From NCBI GenBank assembly GCA_040437565.1, contig JBDOQK010000021.1, positions 248,001-312,000 on the forward strand: a stretch of DNA of 64,000 bases. Reading direction: 5' to 3'. The notes under the pieces are model-generated. The model was not told where the DNA came from, did not search any database, and was given only the letters and a program-made list of their open reading frames with translations. The stretch comes from Albugo candida. Its lineage: Eukaryota. This document shows, in pieces, positions 25,012 to 37,059 of this stretch (its first letter is position 1; each line of letters starts with the position of its first letter). The translations under genes were made by a program, and so were the position numbers.

Positions 25012-26618
25012 CCCAATCACATTCCTTGCTCAGGTGTGACTGAGATTTCTTTGTGTCTCTACACGAGCCCTTGTTCGACTTGGTACTTGATTGTGTAGAT
25101 GGTGGCCATCCTCACTTTTGCGATACAGAGTGCTTGGTAGAATCGATCCACCTTCGAATTGACCTCCAGCTTGGCCTTGATGAACGCGTTCAATTCTGGT
25201 TCTATTGCCAGTGTTATGACCACACAAGTACAGATCGATCTCTCGCTCTGTTGCACTCCTCCATCAGCTACAGTATGGGGCTACTTTTTTTGCTTGATTC
25301 TCTTGCAATCTCTGCTGCAAGTTTGTGCACTACTTTGCGGCACCCTCACTGATACAGAACAAAAATCAGACATGTTGGGGGCGATATCTGCCACTGCTTC
25401 GCTTTCAGAGTCTCTACTTCCTCGTTACTCGTATCGACAATATACGACTTTGTGGCGACGTTCTGCTTCTTCTTGCCGGTAAGATCTCATCTCCACAGCA
25501 GGTGTATATTATTGTACTTGTAGTCCCTGGCGTCGAAGACTTTCATGTTGGTTCAGAAGAAGGTCGCTCAGATATTATCTTTGTTGCAAGTCAACTCGCC
25601 TTTTGTTAGTGTATTGAGTATGCGACCATTCTCCTGTGAGTGACAAATGAACGAGAGTGGCTATGTTCAGAATGATGTGTCTGAGAATCACTGAAGTCTT
25701 CATACAAAAGTCCAAAGCTTCTTGCCAGCCGCATCCATCGTCTCTGTCATTTTCAACCTTCCACGCCAATAGTTTGAGGCTTGCATTGGATGCCGTGAAA
25801 TACAAGATTCTGCTTGGTGGCACCACTTGTCGTGTATTTTTTATCCAGATGTGTTTGACCCCGATATCGCATCCTTGTTTGATTGTCTTGCTTTTTCTTA
25901 CCCGGTCAATTAGGAAAGTCTTTTTTTTGCCAAGCACAGTTTGCGTAGGCTATCATCTTCGATAAAATGTTGATATTGGTCTCAAATACAGTCGTCACGT
26001 GCACTGAACAATATTCCAACACAGTATTCAGGTACGTATATGAGAGAGAGGCGTCTCCTGAAGGCAGTAAGGGTTCATAATGCTTCTTGTACAACATGAT
26101 GAGTTTGTCTATAAAAGAGTGGTCGGTATATACTTTTCTGCTGACATACCGCCGTTGATACTGTATAAATTCGATACCGACCAGGGGCGATGAATTTTTT
26201 TGACGAATGAAGTACAGCCTCGGAAACNNNNNNNNNNNNNNNNNNNNNNNNNNNNNNNNNNNNNNNNNNNNNNNNNNNNNNNNNNNNNNNNNNNNNNNNN
26301 NNNNNNNNNNNNNNNNNNNNNNNNNNNGACGAATGAAGTACAGCCTCGGAAACAGCACACAGGATAGAATGGTCTTGGTTGTTTCGTAAGAGGGTACGTC
26401 AGGCTCTGGAGGCCTGTCGCCGAGTTCCAAGCGCACCTAAGTTTAGCGTCAAACGATGTTTCGATAGATATTTCTTGTTTTTCCGTAGCATAATGTTCTT
26501 TTAGTTGTAGAGAAGACTTGGTGAGTCCGAGTAATTGAACACCAATATCTTTTTGTCTCGTTCGTTTTGTCGGCCCCAACGTCTGATTTGTGTTGAGAAC
26601 CCTTTTTACAGGCGGCAT
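25012..26618 (-). pseudogene. Fanzor1 (eukaryotic TnpB-like RNA-guided endonuclease) relic, frameshifted and 3'-truncated
   Basis: Ordered Fanzor1-like blocks: RPPEPD..TTKTILSCVL; IDKLIMLYKKHYEPLL..LSYTYLNTVLEY..TVFETNI; AWQKK/TFLIDRVRK; TSVILRHIILNIATLVHL; RuvC-I relic ADIAPNMSD; FIKAKLEVNSKVDRFYQ/LYRK; TPEQ..VIG, after which similarity is lost. Confidence 0.75.
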
Positions 26619-26653
26619 CAGTTCCACCACTCTTAAACAGCTTTCGGCATCAG

Positions 26654-26992
26654 TCATCGTCGAGTGCCATTCACTCTATAACCTCTTGACAAGAAGTACA
26701 AAATTCCGAGATATGAGCCGATCGGGACACTTCTGTCGTCTAAATACATACCCAGAATAAATTCTGAAACGTCGTGCATGGATTTTGCTTCAAGGAGCTT
26801 CGATGTCATTTTAATTCTAGCCACAGTCCCTACTTTCGTATGGCCATGTAGTGTTGGCCTGAGCATTGTAAAACAGAGTAAACTGTATGCTGTTTCCAAC
26901 ACTATGATGAGACGACGTATGATCTCGTCTTCGTGTGCACCAGTATTGTCCCTGAGACACAAGTAGCCCCTCATATTAAATATTAATGCCAT
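26654..26992 (-). other. Unassigned ORF directly upstream of the Fanzor relic
   Basis: 112-aa ATG ORF on the same strand, overlapping the start of the next ORF; no recognised motif. Confidence 0.2.
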
Positions 26993-27490
26993 CCATCATG
27001 AAGCCTCCATTATTATGCAACTACTCATGATCGCTGCTATAAGTACTTGATGCAAACCGCATCATTCAAAGAAGACACAAGCACTCAAACGCAGGGTGTG
27101 ATGAGTATATCGTCCATCGATCATATTTTGTTATTTTTAAGCATCTTTGACAGCATAGAACGTCTTCAATTCATCTCTCTTAGGCATAATCTTCTTTTCT
27201 CTAAGCAAAGCGACTGCAAGAATCGGGAACGCTACCTACCATGACGGCGCCCAGCTCTGGTCTATGAGAGTAGGCTGTGCTGCGGTCATCTTGTTAGCCA
27301 CAGGGGCTATTACGTCCCTGATACAGTAAGTAATGTCTCCACCTGTTCACTCACCGGTTCAACGGCACTGGAGCGCGCGCCAGTTGCTCTTAGAGGCTTT
27401 ATTACTAGCTTGCGCGTTCATTCGGTTCTGTAGAGGCAATTTGGATCTCAACGACGTGCATTTTGACCAATATTTGAGTTATGTATGTAT

Positions 27491-28130
27491 ATGTCGATCG
27501 TTGAGGTTAAAGTGAAATTGGGGAGTCACCAAAAGGAGACGCTTCTTGTTCGTTGTTTACCAGTAGAGGAAATAGAACTGAGAATTGATTTGATCGATGG
27601 AACGCATGTTTGGTGTAGCTCAGTTGATGAGAGACATACACCGCCAGCTTTGGACATGGCTGGGACGCATTATCAATAGATTCTCGAATCGATATTTTCC
27701 GTGCCTTCTCCGATCAGTAGCCCTCAAGATGAAATGAAAAGGGAGATGCTTCGGGTTACTTATTATATTGGGATCCTACAAATGGCGTGCTTTCATTATC
27801 CCAGGAACTTGAGTTTCATGCCCAGAAGAGAATTACGGCAAACTTAACAGCGTTGCAGTTCACTCCAGTACCAGCAAAGGAGCTGGATCTCTATGGAATA
27901 TGTTTATGAAGGAGATAGTGTCATATAAGCTGGGTTTATACGGGAAGAGAGAAATGGGAACACGTTGCTGAAGAACGAAAACGTCTCATCTTGTCCAGAA
28001 ATGTGACAGTAAAGAAAGCCGCAATTGCAACAAAAGCGAAAATTAGAAAATTACGCTTTCTCTTCATTCATCGATCTCTTGAACGCCAAAATAGAAAGAA
28101 TTGAATAATTAGACTGCGAGTTACACACAT
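27491..28130 (+). pseudogene. XRCC4: XRCC4-like NHEJ factor pseudogene
   Basis: Head-domain-like LRIDLIDGTHVWCSSV and coiled-coil QKRKLENYAFSSFIDLLNAKIERIE resemble XRCC4 (xTLTDGxxxW and FxxxLNxKKxKI). In-frame stops (27677, about 28106) and frameshifts. Confidence 0.6.
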
Positions 28131-28339
28131 TAAGCTCGAGAAAAAGTAATTCGTTTACCAAACAGCCGTTATGCAATAAATACTACGGTCGGTTGAATAA
28201 TTGTATTCTCTGACACAATCACACACATGACGTAGCACAGTCAACGCACAGTCATCATCTGTGAGCATAACACCAACCCGCACCTCCATTCTAACGCATG
28301 ACGCATCAACTTAGACATATGACCCGTCCAAAAATCTTT

Positions 28340-31300
28340 CAAGAAGCGCCGACGTGGCAGATGTGGTTTTAGGATACAAATGCCAATCATAAGGTAGCAT
28401 CAAAGAGTATGTCATCTCAGTTGAAGGTGTCTATAATATCAGAATTAGACCAACTGACTTCTCTAGTTGCCTAGGCTATCTTAAATAACTAATATACATA
28501 AAAAACGTTTCGTAAAATACCTGTGAGAGATGATAATATGTCTTCTCGTTGATAATCCCGTATTGCAGTAGCCTCAGTCACCTTAATACGAGATTGTGTC
28601 CAGCTTGTAAATGCTGTAAAGTTGTAAAAATCGTCCAAAAGTACCGTGTTTGCAAAATGGTGTGCGTCACAGTAGCCTGAACAATGCCGTCCAACTAGGA
28701 CTAGCATCTGAGTTGCACTTGCATTTCCACTTGCCTGTGTCGTACCCGCAGCAATGATCTTCGACTTCTGAAAAATTCACCGAATGATCCTTGTGTTGCG
28801 AGTTGATCCAAAACCTTTGCAAGCCGAATGCGTTCGTTTTGGTCGTAACACTGTCTTCGATAGTACCGAACATGCGCACTAAACGTGGTGTAGATCACCG
28901 AAAGTGCTGGAACTGTCGGAGTTGCTGATCGCTGATCGAACAAAAGACGATTCCGATGGGTCCAGACGAAGTGTAATGTCACCGCTTGCAATGCAAGCCA
29001 TAAATCCGATATAATTTGTTGATAATCTTTCCAAACCGACCGTAGTGTTGGCACGATTGCACATGCGATATGCGATATGCGTCCAACGGGGTCGAGATTA
29101 GAAGAACTGATCCCAACTAAGGAGTAACTCCCTCTACATTTGTGCCGTGTGCTCGCATTTTAAAAAGAGACGTTGATCGGATTCCACTGCGCCACACGAA
29201 GGCTGCGTGCACAATATAATGTCGTGCTGAAGATGTTTTAGAACCCATAAACGAGATCGAACTGGCAACATTCGAAATGCCAGACGAAACTTTAAATCTC
29301 TAAAAAGGGGTAATGCACGTTTTCGAAGATGCCGGGATGTGGCCATAAATGTTCTAACCGTTCGGAATCCAGCGCATCCGATCTCTCCCGTGATGACCAA
29401 TGCGTTGACATCGGATGACTCTTGGTTGGTTCGGGAGGTTTCCAGATGATTTGTGAGCTGAGAGCGTGGAATTGATGGGAAATAATGCTTCCTTTCCTTG
29501 CTTTGTACTCCCACATAAAATGACCCGCCACTTGTGTTTAGTTGGATCCAAGTGATGAGACCAAATGTCGAGTGGATACGCTGTAAGATCTGAGTGACTT
29601 CATTGCAGAGTCGACTCAATAACTTTTCTTCAGCCATATCCGATGTATTCAGCTCTTCGTCGTTGTAATAAATGTCAACAAAATTTCTCTTCGTTGACTA
29701 TTTGACGCTTTATAGAAAAGAGTCTTGGAGACTTCGGATCTCGAAAAGCGTAGCGAACGATTTTAGAAATGTGCGATGTGGTTCACCCACCATGCCAAGA
29801 TTGCACCAAACGTTTTGCGTACTCGGATTACGAGTAGCAGCTTCGTAATGTAATTCTTGGTCGCAGTAAAACCACATCGGTTGTTCCATGTAGTACATGT
29901 AGTACTGACGGCGTTGTAAAACATTCAAATCGGAAATGAAAATGCTCCATCTGAAATCACATTTCAAATGCGTGTTTCCACCATGAAGATGTGCTCTCCC
30001 ATTGAACATTTTGCCCACATCGGTGTGGTGCGATAGTGAATATATCCATCGGCTTGTGTGGTCCAAAGGAAGGTTGGATAAGTTGTAATACTTCCGTCGA
30101 AGCAGTTGTCCAATTCGCAGGAATAACTGCCGACGAATGGGATGCGAACTGCTGAAGTGATTGAATACGTTGTAGCTTCAGTTGTTCACATTAAAATGGA
30201 CTGTTGTCCACCATATTGTCGGCGAAGATGTAAAAACTCTTTGCTGAGTAGGTGAACGTGTGTCGAATCTTTTTTGTGTTGACCAAGCACAAATCGATTA
30301 AACATCGATTGCTACTGTCGAATAGTCTCTGCTGGTATGTCTACGTGCATCGTGTAATGCCGCAGACGTGATAAAATCATCGTTTGCGCAACCAACCATA
30401 CACCAAACCCATCATAAAAACGCATGTCGAGAGTTGAAATAACCATCGGATGAGTCGGTTTCTGGCCGAACCGAATACCCAAATACTTGACCGAATCCTT
30501 CGGACCCAGTATGGTCAAATTGGGAATACGTGGGACNNNNNNNNNNNNNNNNNNNNNNNNNNNNNNNNNNNNNNNNNNNNNNNNNNNNNNNNNNNNNNNN
30601 NNNNNNNNNNNNNNNNNNNNNNNNNNNNNNNNNNNNCCAACTTTCCCACATTTTTCCGGGATTCGAAGTTTTCCGCAGCTGTTCGAGCACCAAATTCACT
30701 TCCAATTTGATTGCTTCGACAACTTTAGGATATTCAAATAGTCGTAATGAACATTTCCAATATCCTCGACCTGGAGATTGGGCTGGATTTGCAAAAGTTA
30801 CTTGTTGTGCCAGAAGATTTATCGCATGTCGTGGACGAAAATATTCTGAGGTTTTGTATACCATATTGAATAGCTCTTCCGACATGCAAATATAATCGAG
30901 TCGATTCTTGCTCGGTAATGGTGCTTTAATACGTTTTAGTGGTATGTTGGATTCGCCAAGCGTCTACCACACCCAACTGGGAAAGCCATTCCAAACACGC
31001 TAGTCGACTTGGTTCGTGTCGAATTGTTCCTCTCGAAGCATCGACAGCTGGATCGAGTGGTGTGTTAATATCACCAAATACGAGATGTGTTGCGGTCGAT
31101 TCTTAAGTGTTGGGGAGCAACAACTCAAAGAAAACCACTTTTTCGTCGTCCTTGACCGATGCATATACATTGTGAATATACACCGATGCATCGTGAATGA
31201 GAAGACGCAACACCAAATAGCGATTTCGAATACTCCGTTCGGTGAGTTCTTCAGCTGTTGTATAACCAGGAAAGTTCCAACAAAGGATTGTCATGACGCC

Positions 31301-34020
31301 GCCACTGCGGTTTTGAGTCGGATGTAGAAAAGCACTGTTGCGGTCATTGACAAACAGTTTGTGCTGCATTTTTGAATGTAATAAAAACTGCAATGATTCC
31401 AGTTGGTTGTGATCGTGAAACTTTGTTTCTTGAACACAATAAATGGAGTGGTGGGATAGGATGTGCTCGATAAACAGATGATTTTTTTTATGAACTCCAT
31501 TAACATTCACCGTGAGTGCTGAGATATTGTTCCACGTTGAAATAATCGAGGAGCCCTTAGCATTCACGATGAAGTGGTCCAGCGATCAACTTTTTGTCAC
31601 CGTCTTGAATGGTGAGGTGCCGTTTTGCTAATTATTCTGGGAAAAAGTAAGGTTTGAGAGACAGCTCGTCGATGTCACCGCAGAGAAGCCCTTTCCATTT
31701 ACCACCAACCCATTTTTAACAACACTTGATGCCTACTTCTGATCGTGACAACGCAAGTAGCACATTCGTTGACAATAATGGGCAATGATGTCCCGGAATC
31801 GAAATCACTGCCCCGTCAGTGAAGTATTGAACCCAATGATCGTTTGTGTAAACAGTGGGGCAATCCACATGAGTATTGACTCCATCAGGGCGAGAGCTTT
31901 CGTTGCACTTGTCAAAGTGAAAAATAGGCCCGGAACTGACTTCCACCAGGACCATATTTTTTGAAACATTACGTCACGCTTCGATGGAACTTTTCCACCA
32001 ACATGTCGACTCCATCGTGTCGCAAACGTAACGTCTTCATTCAAATCATGAGCAGCGAAGACTCTATTGATCATAAGTAGATTTGTCACGCACTCCAAAG
32101 CGTGATCATAATCTTGTCCAGATTCGTGCTGAACTGAATCAGCCTGCGCATATGTTCGATTTGTCCGTCCGCTTGGACTAGCTTGTCCGGGCGGATAGTG
32201 TGAATGGCATTTTTAGAATCGATTTTCATTAGCTCTCTCACCTCGCCAACCCAAGTTGGTCTCTCCGCTTTTTCAACTTTCGTATGGCGTTTCCGAAAAA
32301 AATAAGCAGCCTCTTTGAAATGGACACTTTTTCTGGCATCTTTGCTTTCAAGCGAAGAATTTGGTACCGTGTACCATGCTCAGAGTTGCCGACAGCTTCA
32401 ACATCCTTTATTTTCACCTCCATTTCTGCGAGAACAAAAATTAATTCTCGGTCACCAAACCGGGTAGAGCACGAGGGCGTGCCTTCGAAACCATGTAGCG
32501 AAAGGGATCCACACGGTGACGGTTGCTGCTCGAACGAGCCAACTGCATCTCGGTATCCCCATACCTCCCCAACGGTTCTGATAAGACCAGTGGAGCTGGT
32601 TTTTCCTCAAGTGCTAGGAGGAGGGGGGGCTGGTTGCGGCAATTCCAGTGTGCTCGAGGTGTGATGTCCGGAGCATTAAACTCCAACGACATTTGATCGG
32701 AAAGTTTCCTTTCCGCGGCAGCACTTTTTGAGTTGGAACTGTCAGCACCAACGACGTCGAGGCGACCACCTGCGCCTTTGTTGGTTGTTCTTTTGTGCTA
32801 TTTGAACTTTCGTTGGAGTAGAAGCTACGGCTTATAGATTTAAACAGTGTTGCCCACGCTGACCATAAAATGGACGTTCCGATGGAATCGGCGCATTCTT
32901 ACCCCTTACAGGGAAGAGTTGTTTGTCGACTGCGGTTTGCTCGCATACCTTCCCCACATGCACCAATGCTTCTGGGCACGTGAAAGACGCGAAGTAAATC
33001 CTCCACCTCGACAAAACGACTCATTTCAAGGAATTCGCTTCTCGAAAGGTATCCAGAAGGATTCCACACTTTTTCTCGTGAAGGGATTTCAGAATACCCT
33101 ACCTTTCGACCTCAAGACCGACTCCAGACACGTTCATATAATACCGGCGTTCCAAGGTGCCGTACTCTTTGAAAAAGTACTTCTCACCCAGAACGGTGAC
33201 TGACTGGCACTCCAGTTGTTTACAGGCAACGGTGGGCCGGACCATCACACAAACATTTCCCCCTGATATCTTAGACACCTGTCCAATATGAAGACTGTCC
33301 AGGAGAGACTCAAACACCGGGTTGCCGTGATCCCGGAGGAGTGAAGTCAGTAGTTTCCCATTGGGAATGCGAGTCAAGGCCTGACCCGTTTCCAGAATCA
33401 TCGAAAAAATTGCTTTCGCAATCTTGAAAGGCCTTACGGCCTCGATTTTGGCAGCCACAATCAACCAATCCGGATACTCTCCGGCACACAATTTAGATAT
33501 TGCAGCAACATCGGAAGACTTCGGCTTTGGGAGCTCCACGCGGTATTGCGCTTTCGCTCTCGCCCTGTCTTTGCGCAAGGACTCTTGCGACTTGGTAAGC
33601 CCCGCCAAAAAGTGGGACGTTTGGTGTCATCCACACTTTCAGTTGCCTTTGCACCACCCTGTGACGAGGCAGTGATAGTACCACTGGTACCACATGCAAT
33701 ACCAGTATTACCCTGTACCGTTACAATGGGGGTTGGTGTACTTTCCACGTCATCACACAGGGGTGATGACTCATCCCCAATCATGCAGTCACCTAAGGCT
33801 GGGTGACTCGTGAGGATTGCCACGTCACTACAAGTGGACGCGAGCACCCTTGGCTGTGTCGATATGTCGACTTGAACCATTGTTTTCGAGAGGAAGGAGT
33901 CTAAAAAAGTTGTATTTCGAGTTGTTTTGTACTGAATTGGCCGGCTACTACGTACCCGGCCAATTGAGAAGTGAGCACCCTTAACTGAGCTGGGGCGAAC
34001 CCCGCCTGCATCATCTTGGA
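28340..34020 (-). mobile_element. L1/Tx1-like non-LTR retrotransposon (ORF1 + ORF2), degenerate
   Basis: ORF2: APE endonuclease (TVNVNG, CVQETK, IHNVYA, RLDYI, GYWK), post-RT KYLGI, zf-RVT-like CxxxxC...ESDQRLFLKC and VWTHRN. The RT core falls in the gap at 30537-30636. ORF1 pieces 31700-33880. Ends approximate. Confidence 0.9.
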
Positions 34021-34692
34021 ATAATTGATCCAGATAAATACGGAATGCTGCGCTGCCGTTTTATTTTTAGAATAAAATTTGCCATTTCGGTCAAATTCTC
34101 AAGTCTCCATACATTTTCAGTGCTAAAAGCTAGATCAACGAGCTTTTATGCAACCGTTATTCGAACATGGATCGCTCAATTGGGAGTCATGGTGCTATTA
34201 CACCATAATACGAATATCATAGTGACTATGAGGTGTCATACTTCTATCATTAGGTATCAAAAGGTCATATTTAATCGCACATGATTCGACTCTATCTTGC
34301 GTAACATCCAAACGAGACGGTATATAGTACTGTTTCAATTGAGAAAACTGCACACATTATTGGTAGGTTCTTTCCTTCTTGCAATCTGTCAGTGGTAACA
34401 CGTCAGTCGTGTTCTATCGTAGATCTTTTTTTGCGAAGCGCAATAAGCCGCTTGAATCGGTACCTATTCACTAATGATCACAATTGAGACCATTATGCCA
34501 CTGGTAGAAAATCACCGATTTTTTTGATTTAACAAACGCATGAATGCATCACTCTCAGCTTTTCGTGAATTTTCAACATCTCTTGCTTGAGAGGAATAAG
34601 AAATAGAACCTTATTCATTTAAAAAAGGAAATGTATTGATGCAAAAGCTTATGAATGGACGATCATTGTTCGAAAAGCTCTTTCTAAGGATT

Positions 34693-35148
34693 CTATTGGC
34701 GGTCCGGTTCAAAGCAAATTGTAGCAAGCCTGATCATAAAGTTTTTAGCTCTCTGACAGGCTTCGATTTGCTCACGAGTCTTGCACACGTTATCTATATT
34801 TATTATATTTTTGTACACAGGGACATTCGCGTATACTGTTTCCATGAAACGTACAAGATCCTCGCCATTCAATTTGGAATCAGGATAAACTTTCTTCGCT
34901 CCAGCACCGAGTGCGGAAAGATCGAGCTTGGTTATATCAAGAGTCCCATGTGGTGAGAAAATCTGTTTAAATAGCGTGTTATAAGCTACCTGCCGCCACT
35001 TCCAACAAATCGTGCCTTTTTTAAACCATGGTAGGCTACCATCCCGATAAGGAGGAATATTGTCGATTTTAGGACAATTGACTTTAGACTCCACAGTTTT
35101 AAGACCGAAAAGACCAAATAAAAAGACCAAGCTTCCAGGAGACACCAT
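34693..35148 (-). CDS. Small secreted Cys-patterned protein, candidate effector (151 aa)
   Basis: ATG at 35148; signal-like MVSPGSLVFLFGLFGLKTVES; five Cys; family 5' UTR and 3' motif AAGCTTTTGCATCAATACATT; intact. Confidence 0.8.
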   Translation of the reverse strand: MVSPGSLVFLFGLFGLKTVESKVNCPKIDNIPPYRDGSLPWFKKGTICWKWRQVAYNTLFKQIFSPHGTLDITKLDLSALGAGAKKVYPDSKLNGEDLVRFMETVYANVPVYKNIINIDNVCKTREQIEACQRAKNFMIRLATICFEPDRQ

Positions 35149-35280
35149 GTGTAAGCTTCTTGTTGGCTGTTGGGGATTCGAAAGCAAAGTGAAGTTTTAA
35201 TCAAACTGATGCGTTCAAATCCCTCACCAAAGTGTGGACCATTACATCCAGCTGATATTACGTCATTGAAAAGACGGTTC
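35149..35280 (-). promoter_or_regulatory. Conserved family promoter and 5' UTR
   Basis: CATCCAGCTGATATTACGTCATT on the + strand; ATTTGAACGCATCAGTTTGAT...CACTTTGCTTTCG (INR/FPR-like) on the - strand. Confidence 0.6.
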
Positions 35281-35369
35281 TTCCTATTACGCGTATTCTG
35301 GCCTGCTGAAGCGTGTCATATGAATTCTTACCCTAGTATAAATGTTCCGATTCTTGGTTTGAAGTAATG

Positions 35370-36970
35370 TATCGTTACACCATCTCATTAGGTAATTGTT
35401 CTTTTGAGAAAAACGCCTTATGGTCCGGTTCAGTTTCAATTCTACACAGCGGCATGAACTAGCTGCCGTAGCTGACAAGTACAAGTCCAAGTGTCTGGGC
35501 GGACACATGTTGATTCATTCTTACATGGCAGTCGTTATCATTATCAAACCGGTCGAATCGAAGTGGCAAATATCATATCCGAGGGACGACCATTTGTCGT
35601 TTAATGGATAGTGCGCATAGGTGCAGGAACTAAGTCCTTTCGCTATGGGATATGCGTGAAGGAAGCTGGCGGAGACTTTGTGGAGTTTCTGGTGCGAGAG
35701 ATACTGGATACTATGCATACAAACTGCCACAAACTGCGCGGAGGTTTTTGCGTACAGCGTTTCAGCTATAATAAGATCGCACTGATTTGTCGACTTTTCA
35801 TCCATTCTATCTCAAGAATGGAAACAGTCGGATCGGCGGACGCATTACAATTATACCAAAGCGCACATGGCAGAGGAAAAGTTAATTCTTTATGTTCAGC
35901 TATGCCTACCGCTTTACGTGACATTAGACCGGAAAGCGATATCAGTTGCTAGGTTTTGATTACGATCATTTGTATCTGTCATGGCTACTTGGAAGGGGAT
36001 GAGGCTTCATTTTTCACTGAAATAGAGGAAGAAATAGGCCTACTCCTTGCAAGAAATTGATTTTATCTCTGCTCGACCATTTGGACCATTTCTCTGACGT
36101 TGTGCGGAATCATATCAAGTCAGACACTGGAAACTGGTATGGTTGTAGCAGCTTGGCCAAAAAACTCTAATGATCCAGTGCCACAAGAACACGGGATACA
36201 ATGAAGCAGGAAGATTAATTCTAGACTTTTTGTGAGAAGAAGCACTGTTACTGACCTTTTTGTGCGCCCGAAGTAATACGTGGTTTGATTTGGTCATAGG
36301 CAAAGGGCGTGCAATAGCAGCCGAAGTACGGTAAAATCGACCAAAGCTTTATTCATATAAAGAGAAACTCTAATATTTCCGAGCGTGTTGAATGCGTGAC
36401 ATTTCAGCACGTATGAATCAGTTTTAGGAGTTTTCAAGGCGCAAGTTTTGCTGTGTCTCTTGACAGAGAAGTCTTGACAAAATTGTGAGCCAAATACATC
36501 ACGATGACAACTAGAAGAAGTCGCTGGAAAGAAGGACGCTGGATTCGAGTTGTACATCTTCACTTAATTTGGTAAATTGTTGGACGACTCAGACCTCATG
36601 CGAGATCTATAATATTGGTTGAAGGTTTAGCGTAGGTGCAGATCGCGACGTTTGTGACAACAATATACCAAACGAGCTTCAGAATCTGAAATTCCTTGGG
36701 AAGTATGTCCATGTCGTCCATTCATAATCAGAACCTTCTGCTTTTTCTTTGTGCAAAACCCTAACAAAGCTTTAGATCTTCATTATCGGTTTTGATGGAC
36801 CTTTTCACGTTTGATCGTTTTGTCAACGCATTCGTTGATGTACACCACTGAAAATATATCTATTGCTCCCTGCATAGCCTACGTGGCGTGTGTGGTGCCA
36901 GTGCTGCTCAATGCCGCAACTATCAAGAGGACATGCTCACGAGAGACATATCAAGTATAGGAGAGGATAG
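35370..36970 (+). pseudogene. Divergent partner gene relic, type 1 (paired with the 35148 gene)
   Basis: GDFVEFLV...KIALICRLFIHSISRME...GRGKVNS; continuous DNA homology to 58060-59700; interrupted by the Copia relic. Confidence 0.6.
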
Positions 36971-37059
36971 ATATACTTAGTGTCTAAAACTGAGGAAACG
37001 CGAAAAATGTGAGCAGTTGTAAGGAAATTTCAAAAGTGAGCGCAGGAATCAATTTCTTT

